Shown here in pieces: positions 9,585 through 20,800 of a stretch of DNA of 64,000 nucleotides; position 1 is the stretch's first letter, and each line of letters begins with the position of its first letter. Made by a program: the position numbers and the translations under genes. Under the pieces are notes generated by a model. That model saw only the letters and a list, made by a program, of their open reading frames with translations. It was not told the origin of the DNA and made no database searches. The stretch is from positions 62,001 to 126,000 of IMG/VR virus record IMGVR_UViG_3300031857_000002; one strand, 5' to 3'.

Positions 9585-10922
9585 ATGGGAAGTTACACAT
9601 TTAATCTAAATCAATATGTAAAGTCGCCAAGCGATGCTGAGGGTACTGCTAAACAGTTTACTATTGAAGGTCCTGCTACGCTAACTAGAGAGCAAGCGCA
9701 GGCAATATTTGAAAAACAAGTTAACACTGGCGCACTAACTGGGTTCAAAGCTGGAGACGTACTCAGCGCAGCCACTCAAGCAGCCGCTGGACTTGCTGGA
9801 GCACAAGCACAGCTGGCAGGCGGTATAAGCAGTCTAGGTGCCTTGGTCAGCAAAGCTACCAATGGTGCAACATCAGCGTTGACCAAATTGCCAGTATTAA
9901 ATGGTATTAACCCAGGAGACTTTGCAAAACAGTTGCCTGGACTATCCAGCATTGGATCTATAGATGCCAGTCAAGTCACAGGCGTGCTAGCACAGGCTGG
10001 CAAACTAACAGGACAACCATCAGATCTGTTGACCAATGCTGTGGGTGTGGGAAATTTTGGACTTGACGCTACGCAATTAGAAAAAGCTGGATACGTTAAG
10101 CCAGGTACTGCTGCCAAATATTTAACAACAGGCCAAAACTCATTGACATCAGTGCTCAAAAGTCCTTCAGTATGGACAGGCAAGGACGGCATCAATGAAG
10201 TACAAAATTTGCTAACAAACCCTTCGGCGCAGAACAAAATACAACAAGGACTCATGTCCACAGGAATAGAGCAAGTCAAACAACTTGGCTTGCCCACAGA
10301 CAAACTCAGTCCTCAACTGTTGAGCGGAGTGGCATTGAATGCTGCCAAGAGCGTGACAGATACTGTAAACTGGGCCAAAGGACAAATCTCTGGAATACCA
10401 TCTGACATCACTGCTGGGTTTGACCAAGTGGCCAAAGATGCTGCCTTTGCAGTTAATTTGGTTGATGAAAAAATTGGCAACGAAACTCTAAATATCAAGG
10501 CAATCACAGGATCAACAAACACAATTAATCGAGCCACACTAAATGCCGCGCTCGGCCGTGTTGTTGGCAATGAAAAAATACCAAAACTTGATTTCAGTGG
10601 TGACACATTTGATGAAGTAGCTACCCTGGCGCTGAAAACGCTCAGTCAAAACATTGCAATCGTCGAATCCAAAGCCAACAATATCTTTGGCGAAACACTA
10701 ACGTCTGACACTGTAGATGCAAGAGAAGCCAGAATAACTGCACTAAAAAGCGAAGCAACTGCATTGTTAGCCAGTTTGCGCAGTCTAAAAACTACTAGCA
10801 CATCACTGGCATTTCTCGGCAAAATTGATTTGGCCATAGTGAATGTTGAGTTATTGATAGAACTGTTGGACAAAGACATAACAAACATTCAGCGGTTCAA
10901 AGCTGATTTACAGAGTATATAA
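9585..10922 (+). CDS. hypothetical baseplate-associated protein, possibly with a degenerate lysozyme-like domain
   Basis: Lies between the gp5-like gene and gp25. Contains the segment GNFGLDATQLEKAGYVKPG...WTGKDGINEVQNLLTNPSAQ. Confidence 0.45.
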   Translation: MGSYTFNLNQYVKSPSDAEGTAKQFTIEGPATLTREQAQAIFEKQVNTGALTGFKAGDVLSAATQAAAGLAGAQAQLAGGISSLGALVSKATNGATSALTKLPVLNGINPGDFAKQLPGLSSIGSIDASQVTGVLAQAGKLTGQPSDLLTNAVGVGNFGLDATQLEKAGYVKPGTAAKYLTTGQNSLTSVLKSPSVWTGKDGINEVQNLLTNPSAQNKIQQGLMSTGIEQVKQLGLPTDKLSPQLLSGVALNAAKSVTDTVNWAKGQISGIPSDITAGFDQVAKDAAFAVNLVDEKIGNETLNIKAITGSTNTINRATLNAALGRVVGNEKIPKLDFSGDTFDEVATLALKTLSQNIAIVESKANNIFGETLTSDTVDAREARITALKSEATALLASLRSLKTTSTSLAFLGKIDLAIVNVELLIELLDKDITNIQRFKADLQSI

Positions 10923-10925
10923 ATA
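10918..10925 (+). promoter_or_regulatory. T4 late promoter consensus TATAAATA
   Basis: Exact consensus 5 nt before the gp25 ATG. Confidence 0.7.
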
Positions 10926-10930
10926 TTAAC

Positions 10931-11305
10931 ATGACTACATTCGTTGGGTTCAACACCATCAATCAATACAAAAAGTTCACTCTGACAGATTTTGAGTTGA
11001 TCAAGCGTGACCTGCTGAATGCATTTAACATACGTCAAGGACAACTGCCGGGACGTCCTGGATATGGCACAGTGCTGTGGGACTATGTGTTTGAACCACA
11101 GACAACTCAGACTCAAAACTCAATCAATGCCGAAGTACAACGTGTAGCTGGTGGCGACCCTAGGATATTCATCAGTGACGTTCAAAGTTATCCGCAAGAA
11201 AATGGTATCCTGATTGAAATACAACTCACTGTGGTGCCTACACAGAATGCTGAAATACTCAGCATATTCTTTGATCAACAACAGCGCAAAGCCACCTACG
11301 TATAA
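10931..11305 (+). CDS. baseplate wedge subunit, gp25-like
   Basis: LIKRDLLNAFNIRQGQLPGRPGYGT..WDYVFEP...DPRI is a gp25/GPW pattern; 124 aa. Confidence 0.85.
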   Translation: MTTFVGFNTINQYKKFTLTDFELIKRDLLNAFNIRQGQLPGRPGYGTVLWDYVFEPQTTQTQNSINAEVQRVAGGDPRIFISDVQSYPQENGILIEIQLTVVPTQNAEILSIFFDQQQRKATYV

Positions 11306-11324
11306 CTACGCCGTTTTTAGTAAC

Positions 11325-11332
11325 CATAAATA
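11325..11332 (+). promoter_or_regulatory. T4-like late promoter (CATAAATA)
   Basis: Intergenic, before GAGG and the ATG at 11351. Confidence 0.65.
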
Positions 11333-11350
11333 CTCTGAGGTTACAAAACA

Positions 11351-14300
11351 ATGGCAACAACCACTAGACAAACAGCAATATTTGGCGTAGAAGATTGGAA
11401 GCAGATCTATCAAACGTATAGAGAAGCAGACTTCCAAAGCTACGATTTTGAAACTCTACGCAAGAGTTTTGTAGATTATCTACGTTTGTACTACCCAGAA
11501 ACATTCAATGACTATATTGAGTCAAGTGAATTTATTGCGCTATTGGACATTATTGCGTTCATGGGGCAAAGTCTTGCATTCCGTACTGACCTTAACACTC
11601 GTGAAAACTACATGGACACTGCTGAACGTAGAGATTCAGTAGTGCGTCTTGCCAATCTAGTAAGCTACAGTCCCAAACGCAACACGGCCTCGCAAGGCCT
11701 GTTAAAAGTATTCAATGTTACCACAACAGAAAACGTTGTGGACTACAACGGCATTAACTTGGCCAACGTCACAGTGGACTGGGCCGATCCCACAAACCCA
11801 GACTGGCAAGAACAGTTCACTGCGATTCTCAATGCTGCCATGGTTGATACCCAACGTGTGGGTCGTCCTGCAAATCGTCAAACTTTGCTAGGTGTGCGTA
11901 CTGATGAATACGCATTAAATTTGATTCCTGGCTTCTTGCCTGTGATTCCTTACACAGCCACCGTTGATGGAGTAAACATGCCATTTGAAGCAATTACTTC
12001 TACGTCAGTTGGCAGAGATTACTTGTATGAACCAAGTCCTGTGCCTAACGCACCATTTAATATTTTGTTTCGCAATGACCAGTTAGGATTTGCCAGCGCC
12101 AACACTGGCTACTTCTTTGCATTCAAACAAGGTACATTGCAAAACACAGACTTTAACTTGGCCGAACGTATCAGCAATCGCACAGTCAACATCAACGTGG
12201 AAGGCGTCAACAACGAAGACCGTTGGTTGTTTCAGTTGGACAATGTTGGTAATATCAATCGTGAGTGGGACTATGTAGAAAGTGTATACACCGCGGCCGC
12301 AGAGCAACAAGTAGAACTGCGCCCAATTTATTCAACTACCAGTCGTGCCAACGATCAGATCACGTTGGTATTTGGCGACGGCGTGTTCTCAGAGATTCCT
12401 GTGGGTATCTTCCGTTGCTACACTCGTGCAAGTAATGGATTGCAATACATTATCAATCCTGAAGAAATGCAAAACGTTACATTGCCAATCAGTTATACCG
12501 ATCGTAACGGCAACTTGCAAACTATCACATTCACCTGTGGCATTACACAACCTGTGAGCAATGCACAAGCACGTGAAACTATTGACCAGATCAAGCAACG
12601 TGCTCCTGCTCAGTATTACACACAGAACCGCATGGTCAATGGCGAAGACTATAACTTGTTTCCGTACACTGCTTACAACTCAATTATCAAAAGCAAAGCC
12701 TTGAACCGTAGCTCAATTGGTACAAGTCGATATTTGGATCTTGTGGACAACACAGGCAAGTATAGTTCAACCAACACCTTTTCCAGTGATGGTGCACTAT
12801 GGGAAGAAAACATTCTTCCTACTATCTTGTTCTCTTGGATTAATCGTAACGAAATTGCTGACTTTATTACAAACCAAGCGCAACCTGCACTAGGTGCGGA
12901 TACAATGAAACAGTTTTACTACGCTAACTTTCCGCGCATTGATACTATCAATACAGGCGCAACTGCCGGAAGCACTTGGCAGCAGTCAACTACGTTAGCC
13001 AACGAAACCACAGGCTACTTTAAAAATTCTGTAGGCAATGCTATTCCTGTTGGATCAAGTACCTCAACAGATTTTAAATACGTGCAAGTAGGTAGCCTCA
13101 TTGAGTTTGTTGCCCCCACCATCAATGGTGTAGCATATTACTTTGACAAAAATAATAAATTGCAACCAGGTACACCAACCAAGCCTGATGAAAAAACTTC
13201 TATCTGGGCTGCTCCGCAAGCCATTATTGGCGATGGATACAACGGCGGTCAAGGCAACTTGTTGAGTGGTGCTGGTCCTGTTACTATCAATAACTTTGTG
13301 CCCACAGGTGCAGTGGTCAATACTATTATTCCATTGTTTACAACAGACTTGCCAGTGAGTATTGAACAACAAATGGCTGAACAGATTGAGTTGTTCCGTA
13401 ATTTTGGTCTAGGCTATGCCAACACCACTATTACCACGCCACAAGGTGCTACTATTCCTGCAGGTACTTGGTACTTAATAACACAACAAAACTTAGATGC
13501 ATACTCATCTACTAATCCAGCTACCTGGAGCCAAACTTATGCAGGCGATACATCTGGTGGCAACGACGATGCCAGTTGGCTGGTACAATTTGTGGTTGAA
13601 AATCAAAACTACACAGTGACCTTGCGTGGGCTGGCCTATTCTTTTGGTTCAGTACTACAGACACGATTCTTCTTTTATGATAATCAATTGATCTACGACA
13701 GCAGAACTGGCACTATCATCAAAGACTTTATCAACGTGCTGGCCATGAATTCGCAGCCTGATTCATCTTCTCCATTGCAAGGCGATGTAGTAATGAACAT
13801 TATTGGACAACCAGTAGAGAGTGATGGATACGTTGATGACTTCCAGGTGTTGGTCAGCTATCGCGATTCAGACAATGATGGTGTGCCCGATGATCCTGAC
13901 TTCTTTGATACTATTGTAGGCACAGTACCTGCTACTCCTAGTGCAAGCTCTCCGTGGATTTTCTTGCAACAAACAGTGGACTTTGACAACTTGCAACGCT
14001 ACTTGTTAGTAGAGCCTGGTGTGGTAAACGCAGATTATGCCACAATTGATGCCATTGAATTGGTCAAGACTGAGTGGACGCCAGGACAGATATTCTACGC
14101 ATATAGCCAAGGCACATTCTGGTTATTGAGTATCAACGTAAACAATGTTCGTACATTAGTTGAACAATCAGGTTGGATTGCTCGTAACGGACGCCAGGCA
14201 TTGTACTTCCAGTATCGTCATAACTCACCACTAACCAATCGTATTGATCCAGGTACCACAAACATTATTGACTTGTATGTGGTCACACAAAGTTATTACA

Positions 14301-14833
14301 CTGCCTATCAAAACTGGATTCGTGACACAACAGGTACCGTGATTGAGCCAAGTGTGCCCACAATTGATGAACTGTCAACTGCCTATCAAGGACTTGACGA
14401 CTACAAGATGATTTCAGACAACATTGTGTTGAACTCTGTAAACTTCAAGCCGTTGTTTGGTGCCAAGGCCGCACAACAATTGCGAGCCACAATCAAAGTG
14501 ATTCGTGCTCAAGGCTCAACAGCATCAACCAGTGAGATCAAGAGTTCAGTAGTGGCAGAGATGAATAGTTATTTCAGCATAGACAAATGGAACTTTGGTG
14601 ACACCTTCTACTTCTCTGAGCTGGCAGCATACTTGCACAGACAACTAGGCACAATCATCAGCTCTGTTGTGTTGGTACCACTGGACACACAAAAGAGTTT
14701 TGGAGACTTGTATGAGATTAGATCTGAACCCAACCAAATCTTTGTGAATGCAGCGGACATAACTAATATAGATGTGATTGAAGCCTTGACCAGCACCAAT
14801 CTTAGAACAGCACCAGGCAGTGGAGTCATTTAA
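11351..14833 (+). CDS. baseplate wedge subunit, gp6-like
   Basis: DFQSYDFETLR...ENYMDTAERRDSVVRLA...LVFGDG...ETIDQIKQRAP..YYTQNRMVNGEDY are gp6/baseplate J motifs. Confidence 0.85.
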   Translation: MATTTRQTAIFGVEDWKQIYQTYREADFQSYDFETLRKSFVDYLRLYYPETFNDYIESSEFIALLDIIAFMGQSLAFRTDLNTRENYMDTAERRDSVVRLANLVSYSPKRNTASQGLLKVFNVTTTENVVDYNGINLANVTVDWADPTNPDWQEQFTAILNAAMVDTQRVGRPANRQTLLGVRTDEYALNLIPGFLPVIPYTATVDGVNMPFEAITSTSVGRDYLYEPSPVPNAPFNILFRNDQLGFASANTGYFFAFKQGTLQNTDFNLAERISNRTVNINVEGVNNEDRWLFQLDNVGNINREWDYVESVYTAAAEQQVELRPIYSTTSRANDQITLVFGDGVFSEIPVGIFRCYTRASNGLQYIINPEEMQNVTLPISYTDRNGNLQTITFTCGITQPVSNAQARETIDQIKQRAPAQYYTQNRMVNGEDYNLFPYTAYNSIIKSKALNRSSIGTSRYLDLVDNTGKYSSTNTFSSDGALWEENILPTILFSWINRNEIADFITNQAQPALGADTMKQFYYANFPRIDTINTGATAGSTWQQSTTLANETTGYFKNSVGNAIPVGSSTSTDFKYVQVGSLIEFVAPTINGVAYYFDKNNKLQPGTPTKPDEKTSIWAAPQAIIGDGYNGGQGNLLSGAGPVTINNFVPTGAVVNTIIPLFTTDLPVSIEQQMAEQIELFRNFGLGYANTTITTPQGATIPAGTWYLITQQNLDAYSSTNPATWSQTYAGDTSGGNDDASWLVQFVVENQNYTVTLRGLAYSFGSVLQTRFFFYDNQLIYDSRTGTIIKDFINVLAMNSQPDSSSPLQGDVVMNIIGQPVESDGYVDDFQVLVSYRDSDNDGVPDDPDFFDTIVGTVPATPSASSPWIFLQQTVDFDNLQRYLLVEPGVVNADYATIDAIELVKTEWTPGQIFYAYSQGTFWLLSINVNNVRTLVEQSGWIARNGRQALYFQYRHNSPLTNRIDPGTTNIIDLYVVTQSYYTAYQNWIRDTTGTVIEPSVPTIDELSTAYQGLDDYKMISDNIVLNSVNFKPLFGAKAAQQLRATIKVIRAQGSTASTSEIKSSVVAEMNSYFSIDKWNFGDTFYFSELAAYLHRQLGTIISSVVLVPLDTQKSFGDLYEIRSEPNQIFVNAADITNIDVIEALTSTNLRTAPGSGVI

Positions 14834-17800
14834 TGGCAAAAGTACGAAGCGTAGATTTTTTACCTGAAATTTTTCAGACTGATGTAAACAAACAGTTCCT
14901 GGCGGCCACGCTGGATCAGTTGATACAAGAGCCTAAGTTTAAAAAGACTCAAGGATTCATTGGCCGCACTGTGGGACCTGGTGTGAACCCCAATGAAAAA
15001 TATGTTGTAGAGCCAACCAAGGTTCGTGCAGATTATCAGCTGGAAGCAGGTATCATTAGTCTTGAGCCTGACACAGACATCATCAAAGATGCAATCACTT
15101 ATCCAGGACTGTTAGACAGCATCAGTTATCAAGGCGGTAATGCTACCAAACCTGATCGCCTGTTTGAAAGTCAATACTACACCTGGGATCCGTTTATTTC
15201 CTGGGATACGTTTATTAACTTCAGCCAATATTTCTGGCTGCCCAATGGCCCTGACGCAGTAGATGTGGCAGCCACAGGCGTTCCAGCTACAAACAATTTC
15301 ACAGTTAATCGTGCCAACGGAGTGTACACATTCTCTGGCCTGCAAGGAAACAATCCCACAGTTGATTTGGTTCGTGGCGGTAGTTATGCATTTGATGTTG
15401 CACAAAATGCCAAAGAAACAGTGAACTACAGTGTAGGCAATGCTGGCAACAGTGCATTTGTTATTGACTTTGCTAACAATCCCACATTGACTTTGGTGCG
15501 CGGCGACACCTATGTGTTTACTATGAATCTCTCTGCGCCTTATCCTTTTTATATCAAATCAGCACCTAGCACTGGATTGAATAATATCTACAGCTCAGGT
15601 GTGACCAACAATGGTGCTGTAACTGGGCAAGTGATTTTTGTTGTTCCACAAGATGCGCCAGATACCCTATACTATTCTACCACAACACAGACCAACCTTA
15701 AAGGACAGATCAACATTGTAGATGGCACACCAGGCACTGGTCCAGGATTTTGGATTCAAACAGCACCTGGGGTCAACGGAAAAGTTCCAACTACTCCAAA
15801 CATCAGTAGCCGTGATGTGTTTGGTGTGACCAACAATGGTGAAGACCTTGGCACCATTACATTTAACGTTCCTACTAAAACTGCACAACAGTTTTATTAC
15901 GGCCTGCCACTGATTGCCTACAACAACGGTGCTGTTGATTTGATCACTGATCTCAAGTTTGATCAAATCAACAATATCACTGTAGACGATTTCTTAAACA
16001 CCTATGGCGGCATTGACGGAATTCAAGAACTTAATGATCGTACTCTGGTATTTGAAAATCCCACAGTAGATCCTGAAACAGGTGGATGGTATAGAACCAC
16101 ATTCTTTGATCCCTTGGCACAAGGCGCAGCTAATAATGGTCTACCAGGTAGCTACGACAGTTTGTTGTATGCACAACAAACAGAAGTACCAGTCGGCGAA
16201 CGCTTTAGCGTATGGCAGATTAGCTATGTGACCAACAATGGAGTTACATATCTTCAATTGAACAGCATAGCATCCATTGGAGAGTTAGAAAAATTTCAAA
16301 TTTTATACGGAACAACTTACGCTAGTACATATTGGTTTAAAAATGATGCTGGTATATTTCGTCAGGTACCTTTGCTGAGCGCACTACAAGATACCTTGTA
16401 CTACCAAGACGGTACAGATCCAGAAATCTTTGGTCGTATCAGATTAATTGAACAAACACAAAGTTCAACATTGTACATTGACGAAATCTTAGGCAAGACC
16501 ACTTACACAAGTCCTAACGGTGTTACGTTTACCAACGGAATCAAGGTGGTATTCCGTGGAGATGTTGAGCCAGCCAGTTATATCAACAACGAATACTATG
16601 TCAGTGGTGTAGGCGTGGCCATTGAGTTGTTGCCTGTAGAAAATTTTATTACTCCTGAAACTTACGTTGTTAACAACAACGACAGTAGTCTTCCCATCCC
16701 AGAAGATTTAGATTACTTGACCATTGATCGTGCCAGCAAGGATCTAAATGCCTGGACTCGCAGTAACCGATGGTTCCACATTGATGTTATCAATGCCACA
16801 GCAGAATACAACAACACTGACATCACAATTGACAATCAATACAGAGCCAAGCGTCCTATTGTACAGTTTCGCCCAGGCGTGCGACTGTTTAATATGGGCA
16901 CTGAAGGCAAACAACCAATTGATGTAATTGACTTTGAAGAAACTGATGCATTTAGCAATGTTGAAGGCACTACAAGTTACAACATTGATGGATATGCAGT
17001 AGTCAATGGCAGCCGAGTAATTTTTGCCGCCGACGAAGATGCCAATGTGCGTAACAAAATTTGGGTGGTAAACTTTGTTGAGCCAGACTCAGTACCTCCG
17101 TTAATTGCGCAACCTATTATTAACTTGACACTTGCCACTGACGGAGAAGTACTAGTAGATCAATCAACTGTGTGTCTCAAAGGTGATACTCTTACAGGAT
17201 TGACTTTTTGGTACGATGGTGTTGCTTGGATAGAATCACAGCTTAAAACTAGCATTCAACAAGCACCGTTATTCAATGTCTACGATGCCAATGGCATAAG
17301 TTTTGGCAATAGAGTAACCTACCCATCAAGTACGTTTGCAGGATCAAAGTTGTTTAGTTACGCTGTTGGTGATACCACTGTGCTTGATCCTATCTTACAG
17401 TTCCCATTGCAGTATTTGAATCTTAACAACGTTGGTGATATTGTATTTGAAAACAACTTGTATAAAGATACATTCTTGTATGTGCAAGACAACGTCAGCG
17501 TTACTGATCCCATCAGCTCAGGTTTTGTTAGAGAATATGCAAGCAGAACATTGTTTGACCGTCTGATTGGTTGGACTGATGCTGCCACTCAAACACAAAT
17601 ACGCCAACAGTTTAAATTTACGTTTAATGGTTCACCTTTAAAGTTAGATGTACAGGCGCAAAGCACTGGAGTATTGCCAGCGGTCAAAGTATATGTAGGC
17701 AGTAATTATCGAGATCCTGACACTTACACTGTGTCAACTACAGCCACCACTACTACTATTACCTTGGACAACACATATGCTGTGGGAGACATTGTTGAAG

Positions 17801-20800
17801 TGCTAGCACTCAGCGACCAGACCAGTCAAGTAGCGTTTTATCAAGTTCCTATCAACTTAGAGAAAAACCCACTCAATGGCAACAGCAATAGCTTTACTTT
17901 GGGTACTATTCGCACACACTACGAAAGCATCTGCGAAAACTTAACCACCCTTGTGGGTCCTATCAATGGCGCCAACAACACACGTGATCTAGGTGAAATT
18001 GGTCCTTACGGCTTGATCATCTTGCAACAGAGTGCTCCACTGACCTTGACAGGATATTTTAATCGCAGTAAAGACTACAATATTTTTGCCAGCTTGCAAT
18101 ACAACTCAAGAGAGTATCAAAAGTTTAAAAACTTGCTGATGCAAGAAGTAACAAACTTGACCATACAGTATGATACCACAGTAGCAGACATTTTGGTTGA
18201 CGCTATGACCAATATCACGCTGGGCAAAGTTGAATCAAACCCGTTCTATTGGTCAGACATGATTCCGACTGGTTCTGTGTACACACAGACCAATTACACT
18301 GTGAGCTTGATTACCACCAACGTGTTTGATACTACACAAGTTTATAACTATACTTCTGCAAATTATCTTGGATTGAATGTGTTCAAGAACAATGTGTTGT
18401 TGACACGCGGATTTGATTACACTGTGGCCACTGACGGACCTCGTATCACTGTGTTGACCACACTGGCTGTTGGCGACATTATCAGCATACAAGAATACTC
18501 AGCCACCTATGGCAGTTTCGTGCCCAACACTCCTACCAAAGTAGGATTGTATCCAGCATACCGTCCTGAAATTGCCACAGTAAGTACAACCACAGGCACA
18601 GCTCTGGTCATTGTTGGGCACGATGGCAGCCAAACTCCTATGTTTGGTGATGTACGAGATGATGTGTTGTTGGAATTTGAAAAACGAATTTATAACAATT
18701 TGAAACTGGATGGCAATCCAGTACCATTAACAATCACAGATGTACTGCCAGGTCAGTTCCGCGAAACAGGATACACGTTTGAAGAAATTTCAAGCATCTT
18801 GAATCTTGACTTTTTGAGCTATGTGGGCTGGAACAAACTGGATTATACCACACAGAATTACATTGTCAACAATGAGTTCTCTTGGAATTATTCTCAAGCA
18901 CAGAACAAACTCACCCCAAGTGAAACATTAATTGGTGCCTGGCGAGGTATCAACCGATACTTCTACGACACAGAAGATCCAGCAAATACTCCTTGGGAGA
19001 TGTTGGGACTGTCTATTAAACCTACCTGGTGGAATACTGTGTACGGTCCAGGTCCATACACTAGCGACAACTTGGTGTTGTGGGACGATCTTGAACTAGG
19101 TCGTGTGGCTGATCCTGCTGGTGCTTACATACTGCCTGCATATGCCCGTCCTGGACTAAGTGGAGTAATTCCTGTAAATTCAGAAGGTGCATTGTTGAGC
19201 CCATTTGATTCTGTGGTAGGCAATTATACTGATAACACATTCCAGAAAAGCTGGGTAGCAGGAGACGGTAGCCCTGTAGAATCATCATGGTGGAACTCTA
19301 GTGCATATCCATTTGCTGTGATGCGTGTGTTAGCGTTGACTCGGCCTGCCAAGTTTTACAGCTTGTTTGCTGATCGTGACTTATACAGGTATAGCAGTGA
19401 GTTTGGACAGTACTTGTACAACGATCGTTATCGACTAGATGCCAACGGTATACAAGTTTACGGCAACGGCACAAGCAAAGCCAGCTACATTGACTGGATT
19501 GTTGACTACAATCGTCAAACTGGTATTGACAGTACCACGGCATTAGAAACAGATCTAGCCAGCATTGATGTTCGACTGTGCTACAGAATGGCCAGCTTCA
19601 GTGACAAACAATACATTAAAATTTACACTGAAAAATCAAGTCCTAACTCAGTTAACTCAACACTATTGATACCTGACGAAAGCTACAACTTGTTGTTGTA
19701 CAAAAATCAGCCGTTTGATCGCGTGATCTACAGCAGTATTATTGTGCAAATAGTTGAAGGCGGATATGCAGTATTTGGATACTCAAATGCGCAGCCATAT
19801 TTTAACATTTTGGTTAGTCAGTCCATTGGCCGACTACAACCATACACTGTGGGCGATGTCACTGTTCGCGTACCCACGGCTTACACCAACACAGTAGCAC
19901 AGATCCCATACGGATATGTGTTTACCAATCAAACCAGCGTGTGTGACTTCTTGTTAAGTTATGGCCGGTTGTTGGAAGAACAAGGTCTTGAGTTCACTGA
20001 CCGTGCCAATGGATATACCTTGGACTGGTCACAAATGGTTGTGGAATTTTTGTACTGGAGTCAACAGGGATGGGACGCCAATGCACTTATCAATCTTAAC
20101 CCATTGGCCAGTGCGTTAACTATAACCAAGCCTGGTGCAGTAGTAGACAGTATTTCTACGCAAACCAATGAAAATGTGTTGTTGGATCAGAACAAGCGTG
20201 AACTGCCCACACGTGATATCAACATTGTGCGTCTTGAAAATACCCTGACATTGCAACCGTTGACTAATCAAAGTTTGAGCTTTGCTGATTTACGATTCAC
20301 AAACTTTGAACACATGATTGTGTTGAACAATCAGTCAGTGTTTGGCGACTTGATCTATGAACCTATCACAGGTGCTCGTCAGAGTCGTCTGAACTTTGTG
20401 GGCGTTACCACAACTGAGTGGAACGGCACAGTTGATGCACAAGGCTTTATTTTAAATCAGGACAATGTAGAAGAGTGGTCTGGTTTGAAGAAGTATACCA
20501 AAGGTCAGATTGTCAAGTACAAAGATCAGTATTGGTCAGCCGCCACAATAGTTGATCCAAGTATTGACTTTGATTTCAACAACTGGATCAAGAGTGATTA
20601 CACACAGATTGAACTGGGCTTGTTGCCTAACATTGCCAACAAAGCCAATCAGTTACAAAACTCATACAGTATCAACACTGCCAACTTGGAAAGCGATAAT
20701 GACTTGTTGAGCTACGGCTTGATTGGTTTCCGTACTCGACAGTACATGGCAGCATTGAATCTTGATGATGTTAGCCAGGTAAATGTTTACTCACAGTTCT

